Positions 13,741 through 26,331 of a DNA stretch of 64,000 nucleotides are shown piece after piece. The stretch comes from Octopus vulgaris (lineage: Eukaryota), in NCBI GenBank assembly GCA_951406725.2, contig OX597818.1, positions 27,032,001-27,096,000 of the forward strand. The letters are read 5' to 3'. Within the stretch, counting starts at the first letter, position 1. Each line of letters opens with the position of its first letter. A program made the position numbers and the translations under genes. The notes under the pieces were generated by a model. That model had not been told where the DNA came from and made no database searches. It saw only the letters and a list, made by a program, of their open reading frames with translations.

Positions 13741-14389
13741 TGTGAGCACAGGACGTCACGAAATGTGTAGAACAAAAAATATGAAGGATGAGTAATTGGA
13801 ATATGAACTATTTTTTCGAACAATGAAACACACAAATGGAAAACAAGACAAACAACATAAAGAACGACCCTTCATCAGTTGTTGGCTGTTTTTCTACTCT
13901 AGTATTTCAAGCATTTAACAACAAGATATGCTGTAGATTAAACAGTTGCTTCTGTGAAGCAAATTAAATAAAATTTGGTATTTTGTGGAGGGTCAAAATT
14001 GGTAACACAAACAGGACAGTGGAAACAAACAAGAAGGGCTGCTAAGCCTAAATGTGGTTGTGGTGGCAAACAAGTAAATCCAGCTTGGACGTGAGACAGA
14101 CAAGAACACGTGTTCCTTGTTCCAGCTATAACGGAGAGAAGGAAAGAAAGAAATACAAATTAGGAGAAGAAAGAAAGATGGCTGATGGTCACATGGGAGT
14201 CACGTGAGCAAGGGAGAAAGAGTGAAGGAGAGATAGTGACAAAGTAATAGGATAGAATAGTGGGAGAAGAGAAGGTAAAACAATAAGAGAGAGAAAAATG
14301 TAAGAGTAAAAAGATAGTATAGAGTGCGCATCAGAATTATCAAGATAAAACTTACTTGGAAGAGGATGTGTGGCGTTCAATCATATAAT

Positions 14390-15057
14390 AATCATCGCTT
14401 AACGTCCATTTTCCATGCTGGCATGGGTTGGACGGACTGACTGGGGTCTGGGAAGCCAGGAGGCTGCACCAGGCTCCAGTCTGATCTAGCAGTGTTTCTG
14501 CAGCAGGATGCCCTTCCTAATGCCAACCACTCTGAGAGTGTAGTCGGTGCTTTTTATGTGCCACCAGCACAGAGGCCAGTGGGGGCTGGCAATGACCATG
14601 ATAGGCTGGTGCTTTTTGCATGCCACTGGCACGGAAGCCAGTCACGGCAGTGCTGGCATCTGTCACGTTTGGACACTGCTTTTTGCATGCCACCGTCATG
14701 GGGTTCACAACTACAGTTTCCATTTGATTTTGATTTTGCTGTACTTGACTCAATAAGTCTCCTCAAGCATGGCATGTCGCCCTATGATCCAAGGTACTTT
14801 TGAGTGGGCTGGTTATGTGACACTGGTGTATGTTATGGCTGCGAACTACTTTATTTGCCGGGTCTTCTCAGTCACAGCATATCTCTAGAGGTTTCAATCT
14901 TTTGTCATTGTCTTTGTGAAGCCCAATGTTCGATGGTCATGCTTCACCTCCTCATCCCATGTCTTCCTGGGTCTCCCTCTACCCTCGATTCCTTCCACTG
15001 TTTGGGAGTGGCACTTCTTCACACAGCTCTCCTCATCCATCCATAGTACATGACCAT
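14390..15057 (-). mobile_element. 3' end of an RTE-clade LINE with long 3' UTR (parent of family C)
   Basis: Minus-strand translation GHVLWMDEESCVKKC...VEGIEGRGRPRKTWDEEV is followed by a UTR ending aacccatgccagcatggaaaatggacgttaagcgatgat. Confidence 0.85.
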
Positions 15058-15227
15058 ATCAGTTGTTGGCTGGTTTTCTACACTCGGATTTTGAGCATTT
15101 AACAACAAGATACGCTTTCGATAAAACAGTTGCTATTATATATATACACACACACACACACATATATATATATACATATTATACATACGTATATGTATAA
15201 AGGCATATATGTAAATATGTGAATAAA

Positions 15228-16476
15228 CAATGAAATGTGTGATTTGAAATGAAAGTTTATTTTACTTCATCTCAACAAAATGCAATGCAGTTAATCAAAG
15301 TATGCACCTAAATTATCAACACGATTTTGCCATTTTATTGGTAGCTTATCTATGCCGGCAGTCAAGAGTTCTGGAGGGCAAGAGGTGATGAAATCACAAA
15401 AGGCTGTTTTCGCATCTTCTTCAGATTTGAAGTTTTGTCTTTGCAAAATGTTGCCAAATATCTGGAAAATGTGATAGTCAGTTGGTGCAAGGTGTGATGA
15501 ATATGGTGGATGTACTTCCAAGTTCAGTTGCTGTAAATTGAGTAGTGTTCTTTGTGCAACATGTGGTTGAGCATTGTCTTGCAAGAGAATTGGCTTGTCT
15601 CTATTGACCAGTCTCAGTTGTTTAATTGCAAGTTCACTCATCATTTCATCCAGTTGATTGATGTATACATCTGCTGTAATTGACTTATCAAGTCTCATGG
15701 AGCTGTAGTGGTTGACACCAGCATTGGACCACCAAGCAGACACCATTAGCTTGATTTTGGTGAATATTCTTTTTTGGATTGTGTTTTGGCACTTCTCTAT
15801 CCAACCACCATGCAGAATGTTTGCTATTGTTGAAAATAATCAATTTTTCATCACACATAACAATACGATGCCAACATGGTTTGCTTTTATGCTGTGACAG
15901 CAAAGAACAGCAAGTTTCAAGACCACATGTCATTCAGTTCATGTGGTATCCGCTTGTCCAGCTTCTCTACCTTGCCAATTTGTTTCAGATGGTCCAGTAC
16001 AGTTAGAATTGAAACGTCAAACCTTGCTGCTAACTCACACATAGTTTGAGATGTATCCGCTTCCATTACAGTTTCCAACTCATCATTTTCCACCTTGGTC
16101 TCATGTCTACCATGGGGCTGATTTTCAAGAATAAAATCACCAGAGTGGAACTTCTCAAACTACCTATGTACAGTATACTCATTCACCACATCTTCAAACA
16201 CCTCATTGATGCTTTGAGCTGTCTAGGATACATTGGTTCCACAGCGAAGCTCATATTCATGAACTACACGAATTTTTGATCTATCCATGGGTTCACAAAA
16301 ATTGATATACAAAAGATAATTCACAATATAATCAGACACCATGAATTGCATTTCAAAGAGTGATGATGTAACTCTTCAGTGTTGTAGAACAAAAAATTGT
16401 CAGGATGAAACTTTAAAGTTAATGACTGTCAAATTGGTGCATAAAAAAATCTGACATTTCATTCTTAATGACCTGA
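15228..16476 (-). mobile_element. Decayed mariner (DD34D-type) transposon
   Basis: VMCDEK, LLQDNAQPH, HPPYSSHLAPTDYHIF and LPIKW...GAYFD. 5' TIR tcaggtcattaagaatgaaatgtc ends at 16476 with TA. Confidence 0.9.
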
Positions 16477-17119
16477 TATATACGTACGTATGTATGTTTG
16501 TAAAAATGTATATATATATATATATATGGAGTACATCTTTTGTTTGAGCTTACCATCATGGAATAGTAGATTATATATGTCTCTGTAGAATAAAGAGAAA
16601 ATACAACAGTTTCCGCTATTCACACTCCGAGCCATAACTGGGTTTGTTGAGTTTGTCTTACAAAGAAAAAAGGTTTTGTGAGAAGTTCTAATTGTTAAAT
16701 TTTCTCTTTATTCACCTGAATAAAAAATTTTTTTTGCATAATGTAACACTTTTGTTCATCAATAAAGAACATGTCTGAAACAGCTGTAGTGAACCACAAC
16801 CCAGCTATGTTATTGTTTATTCTTCACCTAACTCAGAACCTTCCATAAGTTTGGATCTGGAGTCTGTAGTCAACTGTAGAGTATGTACAGTGAGTATACC
16901 TGTGTGACTCTGATGACTTATTGTATATTCAGTCACTAGTTGTGGATGTATCTGTAACTGAAAGGACAAATCCATATTTACTTATAAGTACATATATATC
17001 AGTACACACTGTTGGTACACAGGTATGCTATCCCTGACTCTACCTAGGTGCTTTTACCATTTAAATACCTGATTCTTTCGAATCCTGAAAATCTTATTAT
17101 ATATATGTGTGTGTGTATA

Positions 17120-17530
17120 AGATAAAATAGAAAGCTTCTGACAATGTAGAAAGTTTAATAAAACTTTTATATTTCAGGCACAAAGGTCCATCATCAGAAG
17201 AAAAGTCCGATTATGTAGGTTCCATTAACCCATTCAAATTCCCTTGTGTTTATGTAACAGCAGCAGTCGCTCTCCAAAGTAAATTACTGGTGTTATTCTC
17301 AAGCTAGTATGGAGGCATCTATCTCCTTGGTGGTGTTGCCACATCTGGTCAGGTGTTTGCAGAAGGACATGTTGATTGTGAGATGCTCCTTAATTTGGAT
17401 GTGGAGTAGTTGTGTTGTGCTACTGATGTAGTGGTTGTTGCATTTGGAGCATTGTATTTGGTATACCATGCACATATGTAAGCACATGTTAGTATTGCAA
17501 ATGGGGCAGTTCTTTAGTGTACAGGGCTGT
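17120..17530 (-). mobile_element. Penelope-like element 3' remnant: GIY-YIG endonuclease and HHR-bearing terminal repeat
   Basis: PCTLKNCPICNTNMC...VYQIQCSKCNNHYISSTTQLLHIQIKEH matches the PLE GIY-YIG pattern. INTRE follows, then CTGATGA...GAAATATA at 17164-17200. Confidence 0.8.
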
Positions 17531-17541
17531 TATACTACATG

Positions 17542-17674
17542 TGACATCAGAGTGGATGTATGGAAATAAATAATCAATGAAGACCGACATTAAGGGCCAT
17601 TAGGCCAAGATGAATTGCAATAAGACCTAGAAGAAATTTTGTAAGGATACTTCTGTACATCCACTCTGGTGTCA
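17542..17674. repeat. Small inverted-repeat element (19-bp arms)
   Basis: tgacatcagagtggatgta (17542-17560) pairs with tacatccactctggtgtca (17656-17674) at 18/19. Confidence 0.6.
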
Positions 17675-17744
17675 TTTTGTTTGTTCAAAGCCCTAACCCT
17701 CCACAAATTTTATATTTTAAAAAATTTCTGGATACTGCTGTCTT

Positions 17745-17882
17745 ATGAAGTTTTCCATCACAAAGCTTTGATTGGCCCAGGACTATAGTTGAAAACTGTG
17801 TGCCCAAAGTGCCACACAGTGGGACTGAATCCAGAACCATCTGGTTGGGAAGCAAACTTCTTTCCACACAGTTGTGCCTGTG
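17745..17882 (-). mobile_element. SINE family A 5' half
   Basis: Reverse complement of the family A head; lies head-to-head with the next copy. Confidence 0.8.
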
Positions 17883-17885
17883 TTT

Positions 17886-18280
17886 GTGGCTGTGTGGTAA
17901 GTAGCTTGCTAACCAACCACATGGTTCCGGGTTCAGTCCCACTGCGTGGCATCTTGGGCAAGTGTCTTCTGCTATAGCCCCGGGCCGACCAATGCCTTGT
18001 GAGTGGATTTGGTAGACGGAAACTGAAAGAAGCCTGTCGTATATATGTATATATATATATATGTGTGGGTTTGTGTATCTGTGTTTGTCCCCCTAGCATT
18101 GCTTGACAACCGATGCTGGTGTGTCTATGTCCCCGTCACTTAGCGGTTCGGCAAAAGAGACCGATAGAATAAGTACTGGGCTTACAAAGAATAAGTCCCG
18201 GGGTCGATTTGCTCGACTAAAGGCGGTGCTCCAGCATGGCCGCAGTCAAATGACTGAAACAAGTAAAAGAGAGTAAAGAG
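17886..18280 (+). mobile_element. SINE family A, near complete
   Basis: Colinear with and nearly identical to 60691-61100. Confidence 0.92.
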
Positions 18281-18874
18281 TATATATGTGAGTGGTATGC
18301 CTAAAAAATTGGTTCCTACCTAGTTTGATTGTACTATGCATAAGTTTTTGCAAGTGTTTTGTAATGTTATCTCAAGTTCACTAATATTTTATGAGTGGAA
18401 GATGACAGAAATTTACAGAAACATAGTTTTATGTGTGTACATTGACAAAATAATAGAGTTATTGTTGCTCTTCAGACAAAGTTGCTTGTGATTTTTTTCT
18501 GTACTAATCTACTAGAAACCCATAATCAACAATGCTAGTGTTCACTGACTGCAGTATGAAATTAAATATATTGAGTAGAGGGAAATCTACACCTCGTAGA
18601 CCCTGGTAGACAAATTTCCAGTGTAAGTGGCATGTTAAAAATGCAGCTAATCTACGCTAGGATTGTAGCTGCCAATATGAAAGGCATCCAGCCATAAAAT
18701 ATAAAATAACTTTGACATACACAACATTATTATGTGAGGGCAAAGTATTGAGATACTGCACTGAAGCTGACCAGTCCACTCTATGCTAGCACAGAAAAAT
18801 AGATGGAAAAACAGAGTGTGACAAAAGAGCTTAGACAAAGGATACTAAAATAATAATAATAATAATAATAATAA

Positions 18875-19095
18875 TCCTTTCTATTATAGGCACAAAGCCT
18901 AGAATATTTGATGGTGGGAGAGGTCAGTCAATTAGACTGACTCCAGTACGCAACTGGTACTTAATTTATCGACCCCCCCAAAAAAGGAAGAAAGGCAAAG
19001 TCGACCTTGGCGGAATTTGAACTGAGAAAGCGATGGGCAAAATACCACTAAGCATTTCATCCAGCATGCTAACGATTCTGCCAGTTCGCCACCTT
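18875..19095 (-). mobile_element. SINE family B flanked by (AAT)n
   Basis: Minus head aaggtggcgaactggcagaatcgttagc and core gtcgactttgcctttc...ggggtcgataaattaagtaccagttg. Homologous to 33810-34025. Confidence 0.85.
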
Positions 19096-19096
19096 A

Positions 19097-19150
<54 letters not shown>

Positions 19151-19419
19151 CAACAACAACAACAAGAAGAAGAAGAAGAAGAAGAAGCTGGACCCATGAA
19201 AAATTCATGGAAAGCATAAAAATGTATTCTATTGTGTCTGGGGAGAGTCATTTTCTTTTTGTGCCTTATAATATAACACACTCACCGGTAAAAGACACAA
19301 TAGAATATGCTTCAACACACGAACTCATATAAAGAATCTTGCAAACCAAATCCAAAACTGAAATATAAAAAATGTAAGCATCTGTAAACAGTGTATTGGT
19401 GCCATGAGAAATGTTTGTA

Positions 19420-19572
19420 TTTTATGGCCATCTGTCTTTATGTTCTGAGTTCAAATTCTGCCGAGATTGACTTTGCCTTTCATCCTTTTGGGGTTGATAA
19501 ATTAAGTATCAGTTGTGTACTGGGTCGATCTAATCAACCGGCCCCCTCCCCACAAAAAATTCAGGCCTAGAA
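19420..19572 (+). mobile_element. SINE family B, 3' part
   Basis: gagttcaaattctgccgagattgactttgcctttcatccttttggggttgataaattaagt. Confidence 0.85.
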
Positions 19573-19866
19573 AAGTATATTGTGACAGTTACAGAATATA
19601 GAAAGTAATGTAACACCAATGACTATATAATCCAACCAAAATATCTCAGTTATACAAACGTTAACAGAATTACTATCTAACCTTAAAATACATCGTACAT
19701 ATTCAAACAACCTTAATGTACAAATTGAAATGCAAAAGAACAAAATAATAAATGGATTTATGAATGAAAGTTTGTTAATTGCATTTATTTCCACCATGCA
19801 ACACTTCTTATTGCAAACATGTTATTACTAACCTAAACTATGCACACACACACACACACAAATACA

Positions 19867-19937
<71 letters not shown>

Positions 19938-20229
19938 CTCGAGTTGTAGCTGTAATTCAAAGGGCCAGACTTGTCATATTCTGTGTGAGGCTGAATCTCC
20001 CTGAGAACTATGTTAATGTTATGCATGTCTATGGAGTACTCAACCATTTGTGAGTTAATTTTATCCACGTGTGGTATTGAAAAGTGAAATTGACATCCAA
20101 TATTTGCTGTGTGTATGTATCTATTTATGAACTTTTCTTTGGATTTATGTATCTGCTGTATCTTTCACTTTCTCTCTTTCTCTTTCACTTCCTTTGTGTC
20201 CCTCTTCTCTCCTGTTTTTGATTTAACAA

Positions 20230-20935
20230 TGTGTACATGTATCTATGAATCTACTTCTCTTGCACTGTGATAAACATTTAAAAACACGAAACAAACGCCG
20301 TCACCACTCACTGTCTCTTTCACACTCTCTATCTCTCTCTCTTTCTCTTTCACTTTTTCTCTCTCTCTCTCTCTCACTCTTTCTTTCTCTCTTACGTCTT
20401 CTCTGAAACATTTAAAAGCACAAAACGAATGCTGTCGCCACTCACTGTCTCTTTCACTCTTTCTCTTTCTCTCTCTCTCTTTCTCTCTCTTACTTCCTAT
20501 CTGTCCTTTTCTCTCTCTCACTTTGCCACTTCTTTGAAGTAAGTGTGACGCACACAACACTTATGTACAAAAACAAAAAGTTAGTGTATTAATATTATTG
20601 ATAATAATAATAAAAAAAAAACTGAAGTGAAGACCAAGTATATAGTGTTTGTATTTTATTGACAAAACTATGACCATACCCAAATATAACAACACACAAT
20701 TTCTTGGAAAACAAAAATCATAATCACAGATGCAGCACGGATTTTTGTCAGTGAACAGGTCGCGGATTTTAGCGACGAAAATATTTTGACAAATTAAACT
20801 TAAATGTTGAAGTGAATCGAACGGCTTTTGTGTGTTTTTTAAATGGCTTACAAACACCTTCCACGCTGCAATTGTTTTCGTTTCAGCACACGATCTCAGA
20901 TCAAATCACTTGCTATGCGAGTACATCTCCGTAAA
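20230..20935 (+). mobile_element. Probable non-autonomous PLE-related repeat with internal duplication, (CT)n tracts and an HHR-like motif
   Basis: A ~55-bp unit is duplicated (20272 and 20407). The 3' part is CpG-rich and carries an HHR fold at 20744-20793. Confidence 0.5.
20744..20793 (+). ncRNA. Minimal type I hammerhead-ribozyme-like motif with G3:C8 core swap
   Basis: TTTGTCA-GTGAACA-G-GTCGC-ggatttta-GCGAC-GAAA-ATAT-TT-TGACAAA: perfect 7-bp stem I, 5-bp stem II and palindromic stem III loop. Confidence 0.6.
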
Positions 20936-21239
20936 AAACATAATGATTATATATATATATATGTATGTATGTATGTATACGTATAATAATGAGTGATTCA
21001 GTGAGTAATGCTGCCTTGCATTTGGGACACCTGGTATATAACTTATTACAGCCAATATACACTGAAAGTATCAATTATTGAGACTGATAAAAACAAGCTC
21101 AGTTCTCATTGTAGATTATTTTCTTAAGGAACTGCTACTTACTCATCAAAGTGCTGGAAATCAACCTGAATGAGAAAAAATTTTACTTTACGTGGTTAAT
21201 GTTCTTGTTATCATTAATCAAAAGCCACCTGTCTTTTTC

Positions 21240-21630
21240 TTATTCTTTTTTCTTGTTTCAGTCATTAGACTGTGGTCATACTGGGGCACCACCTTGAGGA
21301 GGTTTTAGTCACACAAATCAAACCAAGTGGTTTTAAAATATTCTTTTCTTAAGCCTGATACTTATTCTGTCGGTCTCTTTTGCTAAAATGCTAAGTTACA
21401 GGGATGAAAACAAACCAACACTAATGGTCAAATAGTGGTGGTGGTGGTGATGGTGGTGGGGACAAACACAGACACATAGCTATATGTACATATAGATTTA
21501 TGTATAATGGGCTTCTTGCAGTTTCTATCTACCAAATCCACTCACAAGGCTATAGTAAAAGGCAATTATCCAAGGTGCCATGCTGTGGGACTGAACCTGG
21601 AACTGTGTGGTTGGGAAGCAAACTTCTTAC
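21240..21630 (-). mobile_element. Diverged SINE family A
   Basis: Reverse-complement tail ttgtttcagtcattagactgtggtcatactggggcacc and head gggactgaacctgg. Confidence 0.8.
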
Positions 21631-22239
21631 CATTTGACATGCATCAGTTATCACTTTTTGAGCAATATTTTAAGATACTTTTCTTTTCGTTAAACTTTGA
21701 CCAGTATTGTATTCTTGATAATATGAGAATATGAATATTACTTTTGTTTTGATTAAGTTCGAAATTTGCAAAAAGTTGACTAGTCAGCTTCATCTTGTGG
21801 AAACGTGGGAAAATCAAAAAAGCAGTATGTACAGTAAAGTAGTTGAGGGGTGACATACACCAAATATATGAAATTATTTCCCTTAGCTCATTTTATTTTA
21901 TGACAGATATATTTGCCATAGAAATAAATAAACCCAGTGCTAACATCAATTCAGTGTGACTTTTGCTATTGAAAAGCAAATCTAAATAACTAAAATTGCA
22001 ACACTAATTGAACATATACCATATACATTTAATTTGGGTTACTGTAAAACAACACCCAGTCTATTGTATACAGTCTCCTATCACTCTGAAGCATATAAAT
22101 AATTTATAATTGAGATCATAATCCTGTTGAGAAGAAAAGTCATTAGCATTAATGAAAATTATTCTCAGAAGGGACAAGAGAAAGGACACTTGAAATATCA
22201 CCTTGACAAACATTTAAAGGAGATACACAGGAAAGAATT

Positions 22240-22500
22240 GTAAGATAGATTCTTTAAGCTGAGCCAACCAGCAGAAGGATAATATCCATACTCTTTGTTG
22301 GTCACACTTAGGAATCCAGCCAGAAACTTTAATGACAATTACGTCTTGTAGGACCCTATGGAGGAGTGCCTGTGGATCCTTCCCCAATGATTCTCCCAGG
22401 AATAGTAGACGGAGAAAATGCATGAATAGATGAATATGCAGAATAGGAAGAGACTTACATTTCTCAGTGTTCAGGCAAAAGTTACACTTATGTACAATGA
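22240..22500 (+). mobile_element. Possible old RTE C-terminal remnant
   Basis: KDNIHTLCWSHLGIQPETLMTITSCRTLWRSAC...RRRK resembles the RTE KD..I...R..WR motif. Confidence 0.35.
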
Positions 22501-24910
22501 AAGACTTAATTCAATTTGATTCAATGAACAATCCCCTCAGATATCTCAGACACTCTCTGCTCCTTCCTTCAGTTATGAAGACATCACATCATTTTAAAAA
22601 TAAATGAAGTGTTAGGCCTCATGTTCATTCACTCAATTGCTATGTTTTGATCAAAATTGAGAAATAAACAATAGATAGATAGGTATGAAATTCTGTAATT
22701 CACATGTAAATTCTTAATAATTGTTGCTCTCAGTGTTCAACTCAATTTGATTCAGTTGGTTGCATACAAAGACAACAAAACAATAATTAAAATTGTTCTG
22801 AGTGTCATAAAAGAAAAGTTACTGCTAAATTATTGTTCACAATTGGATCATTGACAGCAAGAAGGTCAACTAATCCCCAGCACAGGGTAAAAGTGAAAAT
22901 GAATATCTGAGCTAAGTAACAATCCTCAAAGTTATGTTTAGATTAAGTCTCCTAATTCCTCCAGTCAATGAATACACAACTAAAGTAACTCATTAGCCTT
23001 TTAACTGTTGTCAAATGTAAAAGTATCTCAGAGGGTAAATAAAATTGTGAACGCTTTGTGAATCTATATTTTGTCATTTGTGCTATAATATTTAGAGCAA
23101 GATGGTGTTACCAGTTCCTGTTTCTTCATTTACCTAGCAACAGAGCATACTACATAAAAACAAAGAGAAAGAGAACAACTTGACTGAGAAGTGCTCACAT
23201 AACAGGAAATTTCTGTAAGGTTAAATGATACATGCTCAGAATGACTCATCAACCATTAACACTACAAAGTAAAATGTTTATGTGTGATTAAAAAAAGAAA
23301 ATTTAAATAACTCCATCACTGCCTTTGTCCCTGTTAATGCTGCAGAAATACCAAGATTGCTGTGTACCTATATAGAATTCTTTCACTTTGTTTATATTTA
23401 CCACTCTGTAAACATTTGAATTACATTCCAATTACTAATTGTATAACGACTCTCTCCATAAATTAGGACTATAATTAATTATCTGAGGAAATTGTTTGCA
23501 CACAACACAGAGAAGGACTACAATTAAAACTGACATCCTGCTATAACCAGGATTCTGTGCCATACAATTCATTACCTCATTTCAATGTAAATGCAATGGA
23601 GAAGACAATACTTTCTATTGATTCTCTTTGCAGCACACTGTTTACAAACTTCTTGGTAGCAGTTTATCAATTTACTGCGCTTCTATACAAATATTCTTAA
23701 TTTTGTTTTCTTTACATTTTTTTACTGACCTATGCAAATAGCTTAGAAGCTGAGGTACTGATGAATTCATATTCCACTATTCTTGAGATTTTTTTTAAAA
23801 ACATTTTTTATGGATTGATTCATACCAAAACATATATATTCCATAAACTAACTATATTCCTTGTTTCTTTTTGCTTGGTAAAGAGAAATTAGTAAGTTGT
23901 TTTTTTTTAATACTAAAATCAATAAATTTATTTGTAGTATTTTTTTACTTAATCTAGAAATTTAAATTAGTTTTTTTTCAACATTTAGGCTGTTCTGAGA
24001 GAATCCTAAAAACCTATGCCATAGAAGCAGTTAATTAAACACTTGGGGCTAATTCACATACTCTATACACCAGATATACTGCCATAAACTATCTTGTGTT
24101 ATTTTAAGGGTAAAACTTAATTTTGTAGAATTTGTAATCTTTCTATAACCATCCTGTATTTATTGTGAGCTTACAGTTTATAAAACTTCAAACTTGAAAC
24201 ATAAAGCCCTCATTTAGTAAAGAGTTTTTTTTTTTTTGCTGCTGCATTGAGGAAGTTGAGTAACTATGTGGAAGCTCCTTTATTATTTCATGTTTTTTTT
24301 TGTTTTTTTCTTTATGAAATATAATTAATTTAACAAGTTTATACAACTGCATTTGTTCATAACATAATGTGCTCACTTGATCTGCATTATTCTATTTCCA
24401 TGCTGTGCAGTATATTATGTTCACACATTATGCATGCTGTTTACTTGCAGTTCTCTCTATGCAGCTGTTCATGCACCAGACAATTGTTTATCTTATTTAT
24501 ACAGTTAATCAGCACATTTCCCTGCTACTATATTTGAATATGAAGGCAGGCACTGTATTAAGTTGAAACCATTTCACTTCACTTATGTTGGTAATGACAT
24601 TGAGAAAAATATAAATGCTACTGCATATCATTCACTCTTATTAAACATTTCAGTGTTATAATTTATGTATAAGATTAATATGTTTACATAGTATAGTTGT
24701 TTTCTTTCTCTGTATAGTTAATTGCTCTGTCATTCTACAATTTTATTTGCATACCGTAATGATGTTTACTATAAAGCACAGAAACTTACAGCGTCTTTAT
24801 CTCACACTACACTGTTCAATTATTTAGTTCTCTGTGGTATCGGTGTTGTTTATCAAAACCTTTCTATGTGTAGTTAATGTGATTAAAATAATAACTATAA
24901 TGCGCATACA

Positions 24911-26331
24911 TCTATACTATAATGGAGAAAGTTGCTTATTAATTAGGTATGTAACAATTACTAAAAGTACTAAAAGAAAGCAATTATTAAGAACTTGACC
25001 ATCTGGAAATATTTTTTATAAATTCATGTTCTAAGAAATTGCCTATACTTTCGATTTATGAAGTTTACTGAATTTTTTAAAACTCCAAATTCTTGCAAAT
25101 TTAAATATCTATTGCATTCATTGTGTCCAATTCTTTGTGAATTTAAATATTCATTGCATTCACTGCAGAGTAGATTTTAATGGTTAATAATAAACACTGT
25201 TAATTCGTTGCAGGCAACAGTCTACGTTTTTATTTGCAATAGTCTCTCATTCTCGTTTGCCTCTATTTTTAATAATGATAATTTAATATTAACTGTATAA
25301 CTTTGATACGAGGCACAATTTCAAAAATATCATCATTTTCCGGAGTTTGTTAAATGATATTTTTGAGAAAATGAAAGTTCTTCAATATACTGGTATTTTT
25401 TTTTAAATGAAGAAGGGATTTTGTTGGTATGGCTACTTGGAATGCTATAAGCCTTACCAATAATAATTATGTGATCGCTGCTATTTCTAGCATGCTAAAC
25501 AAGATAGTTTTTAACAAGCTTTCATTTATATATAATATGCGACTGAGAAAGAAAATTTAGCTGCAAAGGCACAACGGCAGAAAGAAAGACGGTCAACTGA
25601 ATCAAATGAAACCAAGGCAAAGCAACTGAAACAGATGCCTGAATATGCACGGAGGCATAGACATGATACTGTTTCCGCTACATATGACCAACTGGTTAGG
25701 GTATCTCAAGAGTAGAATATTCTACTTCAAAATAATGGTGTCAGGTCACAAATTGTTGATGCAACACTAAAGAGAGCTTTTCTTTGCGATCATATGGAAG
25801 TATTGGAGTTGACAACCAATCTAAGACTTCTTACAGAAGGTCACTCTGATGAAAGAGAGTTTGCTAATTACCATCTTGATGTAGGAAATGGTAATATTTC
25901 TGTTGAACAAAGCCTAGGTGAATTCAAAATCAAACTATCCAATGACCTTTGCCTCGAAAGTGGTACTCTTTCAGATTTATGTGATTTTGTATATGCTGAC
26001 CTCAAAAAAACTTCACAAACCCTATGTGGCTTGCAAATTGAACCATTGTTACTCCAACAAATGAAACAGCACAATTTGTAAATGCTTTTCTGTTGACCAG
26101 GATCCCTGGTGAGCTAAAAATATACAGAAGCTCAAATACAGTTGATAATGAAACTCTGTACCCAATTGAGTTCATCAGCAAACTTCCATTATCAGGGTTT
26201 CCACCATACATTCTCAAACTGAAGAAAAAATGATGCATAATGCTTCTGAGAAATTTAGATGCTACTAATGGACGTTGCAATGGCACACGCTACATAATTG
26301 TCAGTTTACTTGATCATGTTACTGAGGCTGA
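24911..26331 (+). mobile_element. Helitron remnant: 5' TC terminus and PIF1-type helicase fragment
   Basis: A|TCTATACTATAA at 24911. 25740-26331 translates (with a frameshift) to LTTNLRL...EFANY.LDVGNG, IVTPTN, YPIEFI, PPYILKLK and IMLLRNLDATNGRCNGTR. Confidence 0.85.

Noticed and set aside
22352-22425. Apparent terminal exon GPYGGVPVDPSPMILPGIVDGENA* after ttgtag
   Set aside because: The pyrimidine tract is weak and the overlapping frame resembles an RTE C-terminus.
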